Assembly (NCBI GenBank): GCA_964016885.1 | Contig: OZ024741.1 | Span: 383,470,001 to 383,534,000 of the forward strand | DNA: 64,000 nucleotides | Origin: Eledone cirrhosa | Taxonomy: Eukaryota | Reading direction: 5' to 3' | Shown here: positions 27,217 to 41,389 of the stretch, piece by piece | Layout of the letters: every line of letters begins with the position of its first letter | Numbering within the stretch: the stretch's first letter is position 1 | Made by a program: the position numbers and the translations under genes | Notes under the pieces: model-generated | The model's database searches: none | Told to the model about the DNA's origin: nothing | What the model saw: only the letters and a program-made list of their open reading frames with translations

Positions 27217-29543
27217 GAGTATATGTTGGTTGTATACCAACACCTCTGTATGCAGGCTGGAGCACTCGATGAAGTGCGCAGGTTGGTTTGGTTACTCCGG
27301 AGTAATGTAAAGTAAAGTTAAATAAAAAGTCAAATATTTAAAATTTGGCTTCGTTTATTACTGCTATATATATTTCAGTGACAGCCATCTTTGGCTGTGA
27401 CCTCTTCAGGCAGTTTGAATGAGTATGGTATAGACAAGTACATATGTTGTTGAGGTGTATAATATTGTCAATACTCTGATATGCCCAGTTCCTGGTTGGG
27501 TTGTTATTTCACTGAGAAACTGAAATCTGCTGAAGCAGATAAAAGATGAAATCCCCTGCGTGACGATGCTCTATTCACAGTATATGACCACAGCACCAAT
27601 ATGTTGGAGGGAATGAGGAGGCGTATTCGCCATTTCTTTAAGAACCAGGGGCTCAGCATAGAAATAGACCCAAATAGGAAGGTAGTTAACTTCCTAGACA
27701 CCACCCTAAACCTGAACACCGAGCAATACTACTCCTACCACAAGCCAAACGAGAAACTCGTATATGTTAACGCCAAATCAAACCACCCTAGATCCATAAC
27801 GAAGGCAGTGGTGAAGAGTGTCTCGGACAGGATCTCCATGTCCGCAAGTAAGGAAATATTCAATAACCACGCGGAATATTACAACGCAGCTCTAAAGAAG
27901 GCGGGACATGGCCAAAACATAACATATAGTCCGAAACGCCGGGATGGGGATAGCCCAACAGACACCCACACCCGCGTTGCCCGGAGGTGGAGGGCGAACC
28001 CTAACAATACAGGCAGAGCAGAAACAAATAGGCACCATGTGCCCGACACCACCACACGGGCGGTGGTGACTAGTGCGCTTGACCACGAGATGAAGCACAA
28101 TATGAGTAGCAGTCTCAGGCGTGACGCTAACCATCCCAGGACAGACGACCCCAACCGCCGGACACGTAGTGGGGGGGAAACGGGGGACCACCCCACGATG
28201 GATCTCCCGGGGCGGGCAACGACCACCCCACAGATTCGGGCCGCGAAGATAACAAAAAGCATAGAGCCCAAAGGGGAAGCAACAGTGCGGAAACCACCTG
28301 CAACCCAACAAATCACGACGCCCCCGACCCACACATATAGGAGGAGACACCGAAAAATCACGTTGTACAACCCACCCTACTCAGCAGCCGTAAAGAACAG
28401 CTTGGCCCGATCATTCTTTGGAGCACTTGACAAATGCTTCCCGAGGGACCACAGATACCACAGGATCTTCAACAGACACACTGTGAAGCTCTTGTATTCC
28501 ACCACGAGAAATCTGGCCCAACACATAGCTAGCATCAACAGAAGTAGGCTTAAAAACCACTCAAAGTTGAGAATGATTATAACACAAACACATTTTGTTT
28601 GATTATCTTATTTTAACATCTTGTTCCTCATACCAATCTATCCTACATATTTCTGACCTTGTGATTGGTTATAGCACACACACACTTTATCCTATATTAT
28701 TTTTCACTTCTCCATATTCATTTTCATTACTTTTTCACCAATTTTTAATTTATTCTTTATTCTTTATTCTCTATTTATTTATTTTCAAATTATACAAATT
28801 ATATTAATTATTTTATTATATTATTTATTTTCTGTTCTCTTCCTTTATTGCCTTATATTTCTACATATACATGGAGGAACCCCCACCACCACCACCACCA
28901 CCACCACCACTATCAGAGATGGTGGCAGGAGGGATGAAGAAAAAACACACACCGGATACTTCTAAATTGTTAGCAGCAGCAAGACATAAGCTGACAACAA
29001 CACCAACAATACTACCAAAATAATGGTAGACGTCAAATGTACTTAACAATAGCAAACACAAACACTACAGGGAGCCTCACCCCAGAAAGAATTCTATAGA
29101 CTTCTGACTGAGGAGAATGCTCTCAAAACTGATCAATGGGAAGTTTGACACTTTTTTGTTATTTTGTTCCTTTAACACCTTGTCCCTTCTACCATTTTAT
29201 CAATTTTTTCAAGCTAACTCCAACATAACAACACTTAGAATGAGTAATGTTCTAATAACTGACCAATGAGAGGAGAAGAGGCCCATTGACACTGAAATTC
29301 GTTTGTTTGAATTCATATGAATTCATATGATTCCAGTTCCTCAGTGAAATAACAACCCAACCAGGAACTGGGCATATCAGAGTATTGACAATATTATACA
29401 CCTCAACAACATATGTACTTGTCTATACCATACTTATTCAAACTGCCTGAAGAGGTCACAGCCAAAGATGGCTGTCACTGAAATATATATAGCAGTAATA
29501 CACGAAGCTAAATTTTAAACATTTGACTTTTAATTTAACTTTA
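27215..29543 (+). mobile_element. 5'-truncated Penelope-like element bounded by inverted HHR-containing tails
   Basis: RT C-terminus (RDDAL, VVNFLDTTLNL, YHKPNE..VYVN..SNHP, YNPPYS..V) at 27550-28560; inverted repeats 27313-27527 and 29329-29543; HHR actgc-CTGAAGA-stem II-GAAA-tatata-TA-gcagt at 29442-29496 (+) and 27360-27414 (-). Confidence 0.85.
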
Positions 29544-29565
29544 TTTTATATATATATATATATAT

Positions 29566-29920
<355 letters not shown>

Positions 29921-30210
29921 TGGAAAAGATGTTCGAGTTCATTAGAAAATTAGAATGTTGTTATTCAGATTGAATAACAACATTCTAATTTGGAGCGTTG
30001 TAGTTATGCAAAGGGTGTTTCCAGACGTGTGGACAACGGGATAAGAACACATTTCTTGAATTTAGGCAATCGCTTGAATTTAGGCAATCGCTTTCAAGAA
30101 ACCACTGGTAAATGAAATAATTATCTTATGTTGTTTATTACATAAATATAAAGCTCTGAAACCTATATAGAGCACTCTTTTTTCCTGGACCTTTCCGACG
30201 GAATTACTTC

Positions 30211-30277
<67 letters not shown>

Positions 30278-30516
30278 TGATTTGGCAAGATATTTAGAAC
30301 ACTGGTTTAACCGCTTTACTTCCCTCCGAAGAAGAGATATTATCTCGAAAATTAAGGACATTTAAATAAATCTAAGGTAAAAGACTAATTGTCAACAATA
30401 TCTTTTTCATTTGCATGTTTTATTCTAAGTTCATACCTGCATTGTTTTGGCTTTATTATACATATACAAACGTTTATACCTCATTACACAATGCTTCAAG
30501 TGAACTATAACTTCCT

Positions 30517-30576
<60 letters not shown>

Positions 30577-30659
30577 TACACACGTACATATACACACGCA
30601 TACACATGTACATCGATGTATACACACGCACAACCATATATACAAATACATATTTACAT

Positions 30660-32560
30660 ATATAGACGGATCGATAAAGGGCATAGATTGAGAGAAGGGG
30701 TGGGGTGGTATGGAGAGGGAAGGGATATTATGTCGAATAAGATGGGGGTTTTTTAAACTATCGTTCTGGGGGCAGAACTGGTTTGTAGGATTTATACGAT
30801 GCATAGTTTTTGTGCATGCAGTTCGGGCAGTAGTTATAGAGTTTGTTCAGGTTTGGGCTCTTGGCAAATAGTATTTCATAGTGCTCCGAAATACAAAACT
30901 CGCAGCACTTATGTCCTCCCTTGCATGAGCGCGCTCACTGGAGTCATTTCCATTTGAGCGTGAAGAGGCTGAAGTTCCTCTTCACGTAGGTGGCGAGAGC
31001 CGTTTGGTTGTATTTTTTCTGGTCTTCTGAACGAGCGGGTATGGGCATACCACAGGGTCTTAAATTTGTTAGAAGTCATTCCGATACATGTTTTTTTCTT
31101 TTTTTTTTTGTTCTTATAAATGTCTGAGACGACATTGTATTTATCTACGATGTCATCGGGCATTTATTTTCAAGTGGAAACGTTTCCTTGTGGAAGTTTA
31201 ACAACGCTCCTGTCCAATTGTGGGCTTCGGGTGTAGAAGGCTTATTTAATTTAGTAGTGTTGGGGTTGGCTACATTCCTAGCTAAGTTAGGTGTAGTTGA
31301 GTAGGAGAGTCTAATCGTGTTCTTATCTAAAATAGTGTAGTACCTATGTTGTGTGGGAAAGTGTTTATTTAGCTATTTGAAGAAAGTCCTAGCTATTGGT
31401 GTAGATACCTCACTATTGAAGACGGGGTCGTTGTACCAACTAATTTGCCTATGCCTATTTCCCCTAACTGGTCTTGGGGTGTTTACTATATAGGTAATCT
31501 TTTCTTTAAAGCCCCTGCAGACAAAGGCTTCATTGTAGAAGGGGGAGAGCCACTACAAATGTCTTCATTAACTGGGAGACCGGAAATTCTAAGTGAGGCA
31601 TTTTAACTAAGTTATCAGTAATATATTTGGTGGGGTTCGAGTTAACGTCTATGTATCTAAGGAATTAGGTTTGTGGTAAGGGTAATAGAGGGAAGTTTCT
31701 AATCTAAAGTAACGTCTAAAAAATTGGCCCCAGTCATATTTGATTCAATGGTAATTCTAAAACATAGATTATGGAAGAAAGATTATAAGTTTTGCCTAAA
31801 CACATCAGTGATTCTGGGATTTACCTTGTGCAAAGCAAAAAGGCCATCGTCGCGGTACAATCCACCGGTCAGGCCTGTGAAAATGTTCTTCGGGTGGTAT
31901 AGGATATACAGGCCCTCCATGTATCACCACAGAATCACTTGCTCCCATACTGACGTCAAATGGAGGTTCAGACTTCTTATTAATCCAATAAGAGCCTTCG
32001 TGAGATAAGAAGGTTTTACAGGCGTGGAGGATCACATCCTCTCTGCATCAGGGATGGTGGTAATGTTCCTGGCAAAAGTAAGTGCATCTTTCAGTAGAGG
32101 CTCTGAGATAGAAGCGCATAAATCTTCTATATCGAGTTGCAGAAAACGGGTATTACACTTATCAGGCAATTCTTGGAACCAAAGATTATATATATAACAA
32201 TTTAAATTATTCAAAATACCATGTTGATCTTTGATAATTCCAGATCCAGATACAGGGTACTGAAATCTCTCACGGAGAAGGAACGCTCCCTGGACTCCTT
32301 CCACCGACTTCTGGACCTTGCCAGTCTTGGCCATGAGGGTCGCCGGTGGTTGGCGAGTTCGTCTCGCCATCTTGTCCTTGGACGTGCTTTTGATCTTGTC
32401 CATTTTCTTGGTGAGAACTATGTCACTCTGATCGTTCATCTGTTGACACTGAGTCGTGAGATGTGGCCAGCCCATTTGTGTTTGTTTGTCTTGGTGGTTG
32501 TTATTATGTCGCTGACTCCAGTTTGTTGTCGGATCCTAGTATTCTTCTCTTGTCACGCAG
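30660..32560 (-). mobile_element. Decayed Penelope-like element (RT + GIY-YIG), same family as 17845-18505
   Basis: FLQLDIEDL.ASISEPLL..AL.FA, PFDVSMGASD, YRDDG, NFLDV, GMTSNKFKTLWYAH; many frameshifts. Confidence 0.85.
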
Positions 32561-34327
32561 CCTGTACGACACATGATAATTGGTGGTTGTTAAATCGTAG
32601 AATTCTCACGGGGTCAGCTATTTACAGCAATAGTATGAATAATTATCTACTGCACATATAAAAACACACATCTTACTAAGCAAATATAACCTAAGAATTT
32701 TTATGAATATTTGTACTTATTTTTTTTTGCATTTACTTCGAAATCACTCTCATAACAGTAGTGTCAGTGATAAATTTTTCTCTCACGTTACGTAATTTAA
32801 TATTGTTTAATGGTTTGAATATTAAACGAAAAATATAAATACAGTGAATGAAATTGAATTAGTCAGTTATATTTAAGCATACGAAGCTGAAATAGAAAGT
32901 TAATGGGGCCTTAAATTACAATAACATGGTAATTTTTATACATTTCAAACAACATTTCATTGGAATGCTGTGAAACACACTTTTCATCATCTTCAGCACT
33001 GAATAAACTTTTACCATTATCATAATAAATGTTATAATTTCAGGCATCATCTTCATCATGGCTGTCAGTAATCATAGTTTGCCTATCATCAGCTATTACT
33101 CCTCCCTCGTGATTATTTCTTAGACATTCATCAACTCTACCAACTGGTGCATTCGTAATTCAACCTTTTTTGAAAACTGGTTTCACAATAATATCCTTCA
33201 TAAATCAGGTATAATGATGGAGGCCGCATCATGTTTCCTTTTCAGTATCATTTTTCTCCGTCACGCATATAGTTAGTCCATTCCATCCTCATTATGTTTT
33301 CAACTGGATTGTTGATATTAACATATTACCACTTCGGCAATTATCTCTACGGGAATTACCACGGTGTTTTGTGGTCAGACATTATCAGCAACACTTTTCA
33401 TTCGATGTTATATAAACTGCTCCCAGACGAACAAATTAATTTCTTTCTGCAGTCCTCTCGGATGCACATTCAAAACTTCATTGACCCATTTTCTACAATC
33501 TACTTCATCCATTCCGCCTTACATTTGCATATGTATAACAATTCTGGTGACATCACGAGTTACACTCTTTTCCATATTGAGGAATTCCAAGTACGTACTT
33601 GGAATATTCCTGCTCTAACTGTGATTCCTTGCAAGATTGATCTCTGTTAATACACTTTGTTTCTAGCATTGTCGAAATCTTATTCAATATCTTTCTCCGA
33701 ACGAGTTATTTGTCTTCTCAACAACTTCAATATCTACTGTACACTTAAATCTTCGATGTTTATTATTATTTTTATTTTGTTGTTGTTGATGAATCTTCTC
33801 ACAAATTATTGACAGCGAAATCTACATGGCTGTATTCTGCAAGTACCTCAATGGAATAAAACACAGCTGTACTACCAATTGATATTCTGACCCACATTTA
33901 GCCTCATTTTTATGCAGACTCTCTAATCACCATAGCTGATAGCAGAAAGGTAGCTAATCGAGAATATTAGCCAATCAGAGACTGTAAATTAAACGCTGGC
34001 TATTTAAGAGTCCACTTGCCTGCTCTTTCACTGCTTCTATGAAATCCGTAATCTAATAATATTTGTATGAATTGTACATCAAAACCCATAATTATATGAA
34101 GAGCGGGAATCGGGACTTCAATGCCTCACTTTAATATCCATGCGCATTATAATCAACAGAGATGTTTAACAATTTCTTGTGAAAGACTAAGATCAACCTT
34201 TATACGGGATAGCTGTAAAATACCAACAATTTAGAGTTCAAAACAGCAGGAGGAAAGTTCCACCTGATCGACATTTACTCGAATATATCCTGTATATGTA
34301 TGTATGCAGGCACTTGTATGTATGTAT

Positions 34328-34730
34328 GTCGGGTGACTCTTGAGTGCTACTGGTAACATGTAACCCAGTACAACCTGTCGCATGGTCGGATCGTCGGTGA
34401 CTAAACCGGCAACCCCACCAAATTTACTTGGTGAAGAGGGTGATTTTGGACACCCTGCAGGAAAAAAAAAAACATGACAAAGGGCGGAATAATTCATAAA
34501 GGTCAACGGCCATCCAAAAATGTGTAACTATGTAAATACATATGTATATATGCGTGTGTGTATATATGTATATATATATGCGCGGGGACATATAAATAAT
34601 CGGGCTGGATACCCGATCGTGCGGTTGAACCACTGGGAGTAATGGGGCCCTACTCTTTATCAGGGCATTCTTCCAGGAGAAGGCAACACAGGAAACTGGG
34701 ATAACACCGACATAAAACCTGCGGCTCAGT
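34328..34730 (+). mobile_element. RTE 5'-UTR module (homologous to 23820-24017 and 62998-63258)
   Basis: gtgctactggtaacatgtaacccagtacaacctgtcgcatggtcgg...gactaaaccggcaacccc is shared by all three loci. Confidence 0.7.
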
Positions 34731-35858
34731 AGTTACCGATAATGTTGATCTTTTCTTCTTTTCGGGTTATAGCTACTGTTGCTCAGATAGTCGGTTTGGC
34801 CCTGTGCGTGAAGATTAAAAATAATCTTTACGCACAGGCATTGCATGATAGCATCAATTAATAATTATTAATAATGGTATATCGTGCAATGGCCTGTGTC
34901 ATTTATTGCTGGCCATGGGAAAGTCCCTAGCAGCATTAAAAAGCCACGCCTGTGATGCTCATGCTTAAGTATCAAGCGATGATAATATCCGAAATCGAGT
35001 TGCAGCCATCATATTGGTATGTATGCATGAGGGTTTGTAATGAATCATTTGCAACGAACTGCGTCCATTATTTACTGAATAGACCAACCTACGAATATGT
35101 ATCATTGTGTGATATATGCTGGTAATGCTGTGTAATTCACTGCAGCCAAACAAGTGCTGTACAATTTGAAACCAATTTACTTTCCGTTTTTTAATAGACA
35201 GAACTCAAATGGCATAGCCGTGTAAAATGAACACCAAAAGATTGTATTTATTCTTTTTTTTTATGTATTTCTTTCTTTGAGACCGCAATTGAAGAAGAGC
35301 CACCATGAGTATTTTAAACCTGGAGGAGTTCACCTCTCTCTAAGTAGGACAACATCCGATTACATTCAGAAAGAGAACCAGTGAGAAAGTGAAGAATCGG
35401 CCCAGTGTTTGAATTTATCGAAGCCTGAAAGAATGAAAGGCAAAGTTACCCTCGATATTTCAGAGAGAAAGAATGAATAGCGCTATCTGAGGCCCTAACC
35501 CTGCAAATTCGCTGTCTTATACGGTTATTATCCTGAGGAAACGAAACCAACATTTCTACAAATTATGTGACTTAGTCTAACCGTCTGAAAATAGTTTCAT
35601 CCATTTTATTTTCTAAGTATTTGAATACCGAGTGTTGACTCATAAAACGTATAACCCATGACATGAAGGGTCAATAAAGCAAACAGGAGTAAATTATTGA
35701 TAGCAATCCACTCCAGTATAGATGTTCTGTTAGAAGATTTCACTTGACAACAAAGTTTAAAGGATCAATTATTTAGAAAAGCAATCAGCCACAATCAAAT
35801 TTAAGATAATCATATTTCTAAATAACTTTCATTCAGTGTTTGTTAGGTTTATTACTGT

Positions 35859-36003
<145 letters not shown>

Positions 36004-36112
36004 TGGGTGAGAGTGAGAGAGTATATGTCTATGAAAATGTTCTTGTCTTGTACGTATTCATGTATGAGATTATTTTCTGTGTGAATGCGTGTATATATAT
36101 ATATATATATGC

Positions 36113-36164
<52 letters not shown>

Positions 36165-37690
36165 TTGTATGTATGTTTGTGTGTATATATATATACTCGT
36201 ATTTTCTTTAAAATATGTGTTTCACACATAAGTGTTGTTGTTCATTTCATCAAGAGTTGTATTTGGTAGTTATCGAATCCCCTCTCGTGATTAAATTATC
36301 AAAACAATCAATCTTTCATAAGGGTGAGACACTCATTAAAGAACGGATATTATAAAATAAGTATGCCTAGTAAAAGCAGAAGGCCACACATATTGCAAAA
36401 GGAGTTAGTTGATTGAATCGACCTCAGTATTTAACAAGTATGCTATTATATCCACCGCGGGTGATTAAAGTTGAAGTTGTTCTTGGAGAGACTGATAACA
36501 CAACGAAGTGGAACAAATACCGCAAGGTTTCAGGTCTGTATGCACTAAACTATTCTCACCGTACATCTAAAAATTCTAATACGGTCAGAAATTTAAATGC
36601 AGATTTGAGTCGATGAATTCAACCTCAGTGCATCATTCGTACTTTATTTCATTTGTCCGACGCTTTAAAAATTCTGCCAGTACATCACTTTATACAATGA
36701 TGTTTTCATTTATTGGCTACATAGCTACATATAACAATGTCTTATCAAAAGATTTACATGCTGTGTAGGGATGTACAAACACTTATGTTTAAACGAGAGG
36801 TGGAGTAAAAATGTTATATTAAGATTTACTAAAATTTGATATAAAAATCACCTAAATTACACAAAAGTAAAATATAAAGATAAATAAACTAAAATATATA
36901 GAAACAAGCATAGGTGTTAATATGTTAAACTCACAATCATAAGATTCATGGACTGCGTGGCGGCGTGATATATTCTTGAGAAATAACATTCCCTTTCATG
37001 ATGTGTGTGACGTGAAAATTTCTATTTCATTTTTTTTAACAACGGCGACTCACCCGAACATGGATGAGAAGCAGCCACTCAAATAAAATCAGAGCACCCA
37101 AAAGTCAAATCGCCTTCTCTTCTGAATATATTTGTACATGAGAAGTGCCCATGAAAAGTATCCCACGTTCTCTGAGTAGATGCACGGCTTGTATAGTTAT
37201 CATCAACGTTCTATCGCCCTATTGTTCCACAAATTTGGAAAACATCTCAATCATATGTTCTCTTCCTACTTTCACTCGTTTGAAAGATCTATTAGATTCT
37301 CGTTGGCTAAATCTCATACAGCCCCAGAGAGAAGTGTGCTCCTCTCGCATGTCTAATTTGCTTTTATTTATTGATATTTTTATTTATTTATTTATATTTA
37401 TATTTGTTTATGTATTTATATACTTTCTTCTCTATTATTCCTATCATTTCAATTCTCTCGTCTATCTTTCATTTCCGGCCTGTTGTTGCAAGAGGATGGT
37501 TGATGCTTCAGAAGCGGTGAGATGCCTACTTAGAATGAAGCGGGTTTTCTGTAATACCTGTTATACTCGGTGTTGTGACTAGTGGTTGTCAGTAGATATT
37601 AGTTTCTACGACCTACTGCTGTTATTTCCACCACCTTTCCGGACCTGGACATACACCCTTATGTTGTACTTACTGTCACACATAGATAAT

Positions 37691-37874
37691 TGTTTCTACT
37701 TTAGGCACAAGGCCAGCAATTACCCAGTGCATTACTGGTACTTTATTTTATCGACCCCGTAAGGATGAAAGGCAAAGTAAACCTCGGCGGGATTTGAACT
37801 CAGACCGTAAAGGGACGTAACTATGCTGGAAAGCATGGCGTCCGACCCTCTACCGATACTGCCAATCCACCGCC
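37691..37874 (-). mobile_element. tRNA-derived SINE, full length, with 18-bp TSD
   Basis: Near-identical to 5902-6092; TSD ctgtcacacatagataat at 37673-37690 and 37874-37891. Confidence 0.88.
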
Positions 37875-39813
37875 TGTCACACATAGATAATGGGATTCTA
37901 TAAGGCCCCACAAGGACATATTCATGAGACCCTCTTTTGACAACGTTTAGACAATTGTTTGTTTTAGTCATTGTTGTTGGCATCGCTTACTGTAAATATT
38001 AATTGTGTTATTTTACCTCTGACTGATGCGAGGTGTAATGGATGGATATATTTGATTAGCTACGAAATTTTATTTGAAAGTATTGTGGCTTTTTATCATT
38101 AATTTCTCAAAGGAATTGTTTTAATTATCGTAATCAGCATGCAAAACTACATGCGTAGAAATTTAGAAAAATATCGAACACTGTCAAATGGAAAAGATAC
38201 CAGCCGGATAGACGGAGCTGTTTAGAGAAAGATTTAATTGCTAGGAGTTATTTGCTTTGGGGAAATGGGAATCAACTGTTGCGGAAAGGAACGTATTAGG
38301 AGGTAGACAATAGAGTTAGGTAAATATGGAGAGCATGAATTGTCAAATGTTCTAAAATAATAAATCAGAAAATGTTTTAATAGAAAGTATAGCATGAGAC
38401 AACCAGACGATTGGAAGGTTGAAAAAAGACAGCTTATTTAGTGTGCTTTGGGCGAATAATGTGAAGGCTATAATATCTGAAGAGGAAATAAGATTAAACA
38501 GTGACGTATTTCCTTTTTCCTCAAGTGATCACTTAACCAGTTCAAAGCGAAACCGAACTACCTAAATTCCCTTCTCCCTATTTTTCTTTCTTTTTTGTTT
38601 TCTCAAGGAATATTACAAGACCACCCTTGTTGAAAAGTCATGCAATAATCACATCACCTCCGCCATTCCTCCACATCACTGACACTATGAAGGAGATAAT
38701 GTCAGCTAGTAGCAAGGTATTTTACCTCCCACAACGAAATGATCAACTACGGCCAGCAAGAATACAATATTACAGTTTATCTACTGCCTATATAAATAGT
38801 AAAAGGAGGAATAGTGTGTATGTGTACAGGGAGAAACAGGAGGTGGTACAGAGAGAAACAGGCGGTGAGGGGAGGTATCAGTGGTGAGGAGGAAGTTGTT
38901 CGTGATAACGATCATTTTGACAAGGGATAAGACAGTATGTTGGAGGGAGGTAGTGAGAGGAAGCAGCAGGAGAGAAAATAGGGGAATTGGAAATGAGACG
39001 TACAAGTGTAATAGTAGTTGTTTGTTTAGCCCTAGGTCAGCCTCGATTGAGCAGATCTATAATAAAAGTATCCCAGACATGAGCATCATTGTGTGTCAAT
39101 GAGTATATTGTCCAAATTTTATTTCCTTTTCTAAGACGGTAGCTTGGCAGCTACTATAGTGGAACGTTGAATAAAATAGTTATATAGTTGTGCTGACTAT
39201 GAAAGTGGTGGTCTTGAGTGAGGATGATAGTGGTGGTGCGGATGTTGTTGGTTTCAGCGGCGCCGGCCGCGTTGTTGGTGGTTTGCTGCTGTGATGGTGG
39301 TGGTGGTGGTGGCGGTGGTGGTTATGATTTTGATGGTGGAGGCGTTGAAGTTGATGTTGATGATGTAAACATGGTCATCATGTGTTCTGCTAGAGGTGAC
39401 GGTGAAGATATTAAAGAGCGGTGTATCAGGGACAATGGTCTTTGGTCATTACTGTGCTCCATGCTCAATCACAAGCTCCATTAGTGCCTGCTATGTCCGC
39501 CTTAGTTCTGCAAAGATTTACTGAACCATTTCTGCAGAATGTTAGCTGGTGTGGGGGAAGGGTGTAATGATAAAATGTTTCCAGCTCCTAACCGAAAATG
39601 TGTCTATTACCTGGATGTGGAGGAGAGAGTTATTCTCTTTTGGGTAGCAAAGATCGGGTGAGTGTCGGCTGATTCTGACAGAGAAGAAGGACAGAAAGAT
39701 GGGTTGGTGTTGTTAATAATGTTTTCGCTGCTATTGGTGAGAGAATTAATGCTGAGATTGTTACTATTACCGGTGATAATGGAGATATTGTTGCTGGTAT
39801 TACTGGTAGCATT

Positions 39814-40052
39814 ACACTTTATTTCACATTGCTCCAGTTCACTCAGTTGTAGAAATGAGTTGCCACGTCACTTGTGCCAAGCTGTATCGGGGTCATTGCG
39901 TTTCCCTTGGACAACACCGGTGGCGTGGAGAGGAGAGACTGGTATGCATGGGTGACTACTGGTCTTCTATAAAACAAACCTTACGCAAGCTTGTACCTCT
40001 TTTGGAAATTTTCTAGGTGCAAAACCATGGTCATTCGTGAAGGAGTGGTGCC
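39814..40052 (+). mobile_element. 5'-truncated SINE (third family); homolog at 49406-49720
   Basis: acactttatttcac.ttgctccagtt.actcag.tgtagaaatgagttgc...ttggacaaca.cggtggcgt...tctaggtgcaaaaccatggtcatt present at both loci. Confidence 0.7.
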
Positions 40053-40054
40053 TT

Positions 40055-40435
40055 TAAAGTGGTGATATTGATGCTGGTATTAATGGTAGCATTGGTGATG
40101 ATATTAGTGTAATTGTTGCAGGTATTAATGGTAATATTGGTGATAGTGTTGCTGGTATTGATGGTAGTATTGGTGGTGATATTGGTGATATTTTGCTGGT
40201 ATTAATGGTAGTATTACGGGGATTAGTGGTGATATTGTTGCTGGTATTACTGGTAATATTGATGGTAGTTATGTTGCTGATATTGTTGCTGGTGTTATTG
40301 GTAGTATTGGTTATGTTACTTGTAATATTGTTGCTGGTGTTTTTGGTAATTTTACTGTTCATAGTGGTGGTATTGGCGATGGTAATAATTGCAATATTAA
40401 TGTTGATAGGTGTGATATTTGTGATCTTCACATGA
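40055..40435. repeat. Low-complexity (TGG/TAT/TGC)-rich degenerate repeat
   Basis: Direct observation; similar tracts at 39220-39810, 48870-49110 and 49910-50450. Confidence 0.8.
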
Positions 40436-40743
40436 TTGTTTCAACTATTATAGAGATATACTATGTATCCTTTCATTTCTAGCTATAGTCTTAATATCAC
40501 GGACTTCGTGATGATCGGCCCTTTAGTGTGAGGATTAACGCAATCGGTCGGCATTGAAGAAATCCGAGGTGCAATTCTTTGCAAATGCTTATTTCTACAT
40601 ATTCTTCGTCATCTCATTTGTCTGATTTTTTCAAATATTATTTACAGTGATCAAATTTCATAATGGTAATTTGCGTTGGGACGAACGAAATTCAAATTTT
40701 CCAGATGCTTCTTAAGTGTGTGTGTGAGGAGAGAAGGGGTGTT

Positions 40744-40812
<69 letters not shown>

Positions 40813-40816
<4 letters not shown>

Positions 40817-41204
40817 TAAACGGAATAGAAAATGCTGACAAATTGTTCACAGTTGAAAAATGGTTTAATTAGGAATAAAAGAGTATTAGTGATTGTATGG
40901 GATAGTATTCAGTTGTGGTTTTAAGTTTTTAAGTTTTTACCGGTTGCGCATTTCTAGATGCTTTTCAAAAATAATTTTGAGATAGAGTGTCCGTGTTGTT
41001 TGCTCTGATTTGAGCAAACAACACGGACACTCTATCTCAAAATTATTTTTGAAAAGCATTTAGAAATGCGCAACCGGTAAAAACTTAAAAACTTAAAACC
41101 ACAACTGAATACTAACCCATACAATCACTAATACTCTGTTATTCCTAATTAAACCCTTTTTCAACTGTGAACAATTTGTCAGCATTTTCTATTCCGTTTA
41201 CCAA
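40813..41204. repeat. Fold-back palindrome (~193-bp arms, 6-nt loop) of a PLE tail
   Basis: Arms mirror about tgattt at 41006-41011; a third copy forms the 3' end of the PLE at 43785-43967. Confidence 0.92.
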
Positions 41205-41389
41205 TATATAATAAGTTGTGTGTTACACCTCTATTCTTTTAACTATATATATATATATATAGGGCTTATGCCCGAAATGTCGTTCCCCACCACCACCCAC
41301 TCTCAAGAGCGTGAAACTAATAAACCTTTGTTCGTACTGCCTCTCTGTTTTGTTACCGTTCAATTTATATATATATATATATATATATT

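Noticed and set aside
29948-29990. Perfect 21-bp hairpin as terminator or miRNA
   Set aside because: More simply a small fold-back junction between two PLE tails; no independent evidence
30320-30360. HHR-like CCGAAGA-agagatattatctc-GAAA; also 56470-56520 (GAGA core) and the half motif at 62075
   Set aside because: Core or stem III/NUH defective or truncated; not counted as intact ribozymes
32750-34200. Possible pogo/Tigger-like transposase remnant on the minus strand
   Set aside because: Only vague compositional resemblance; no TIRs or motifs I could verify
38200-38620. Very old PLE RT remnant (PKHTK*AV on the minus strand); similar hints at 48050-48230 and 58350-58610
   Set aside because: Single short motifs, too degenerate to support a call
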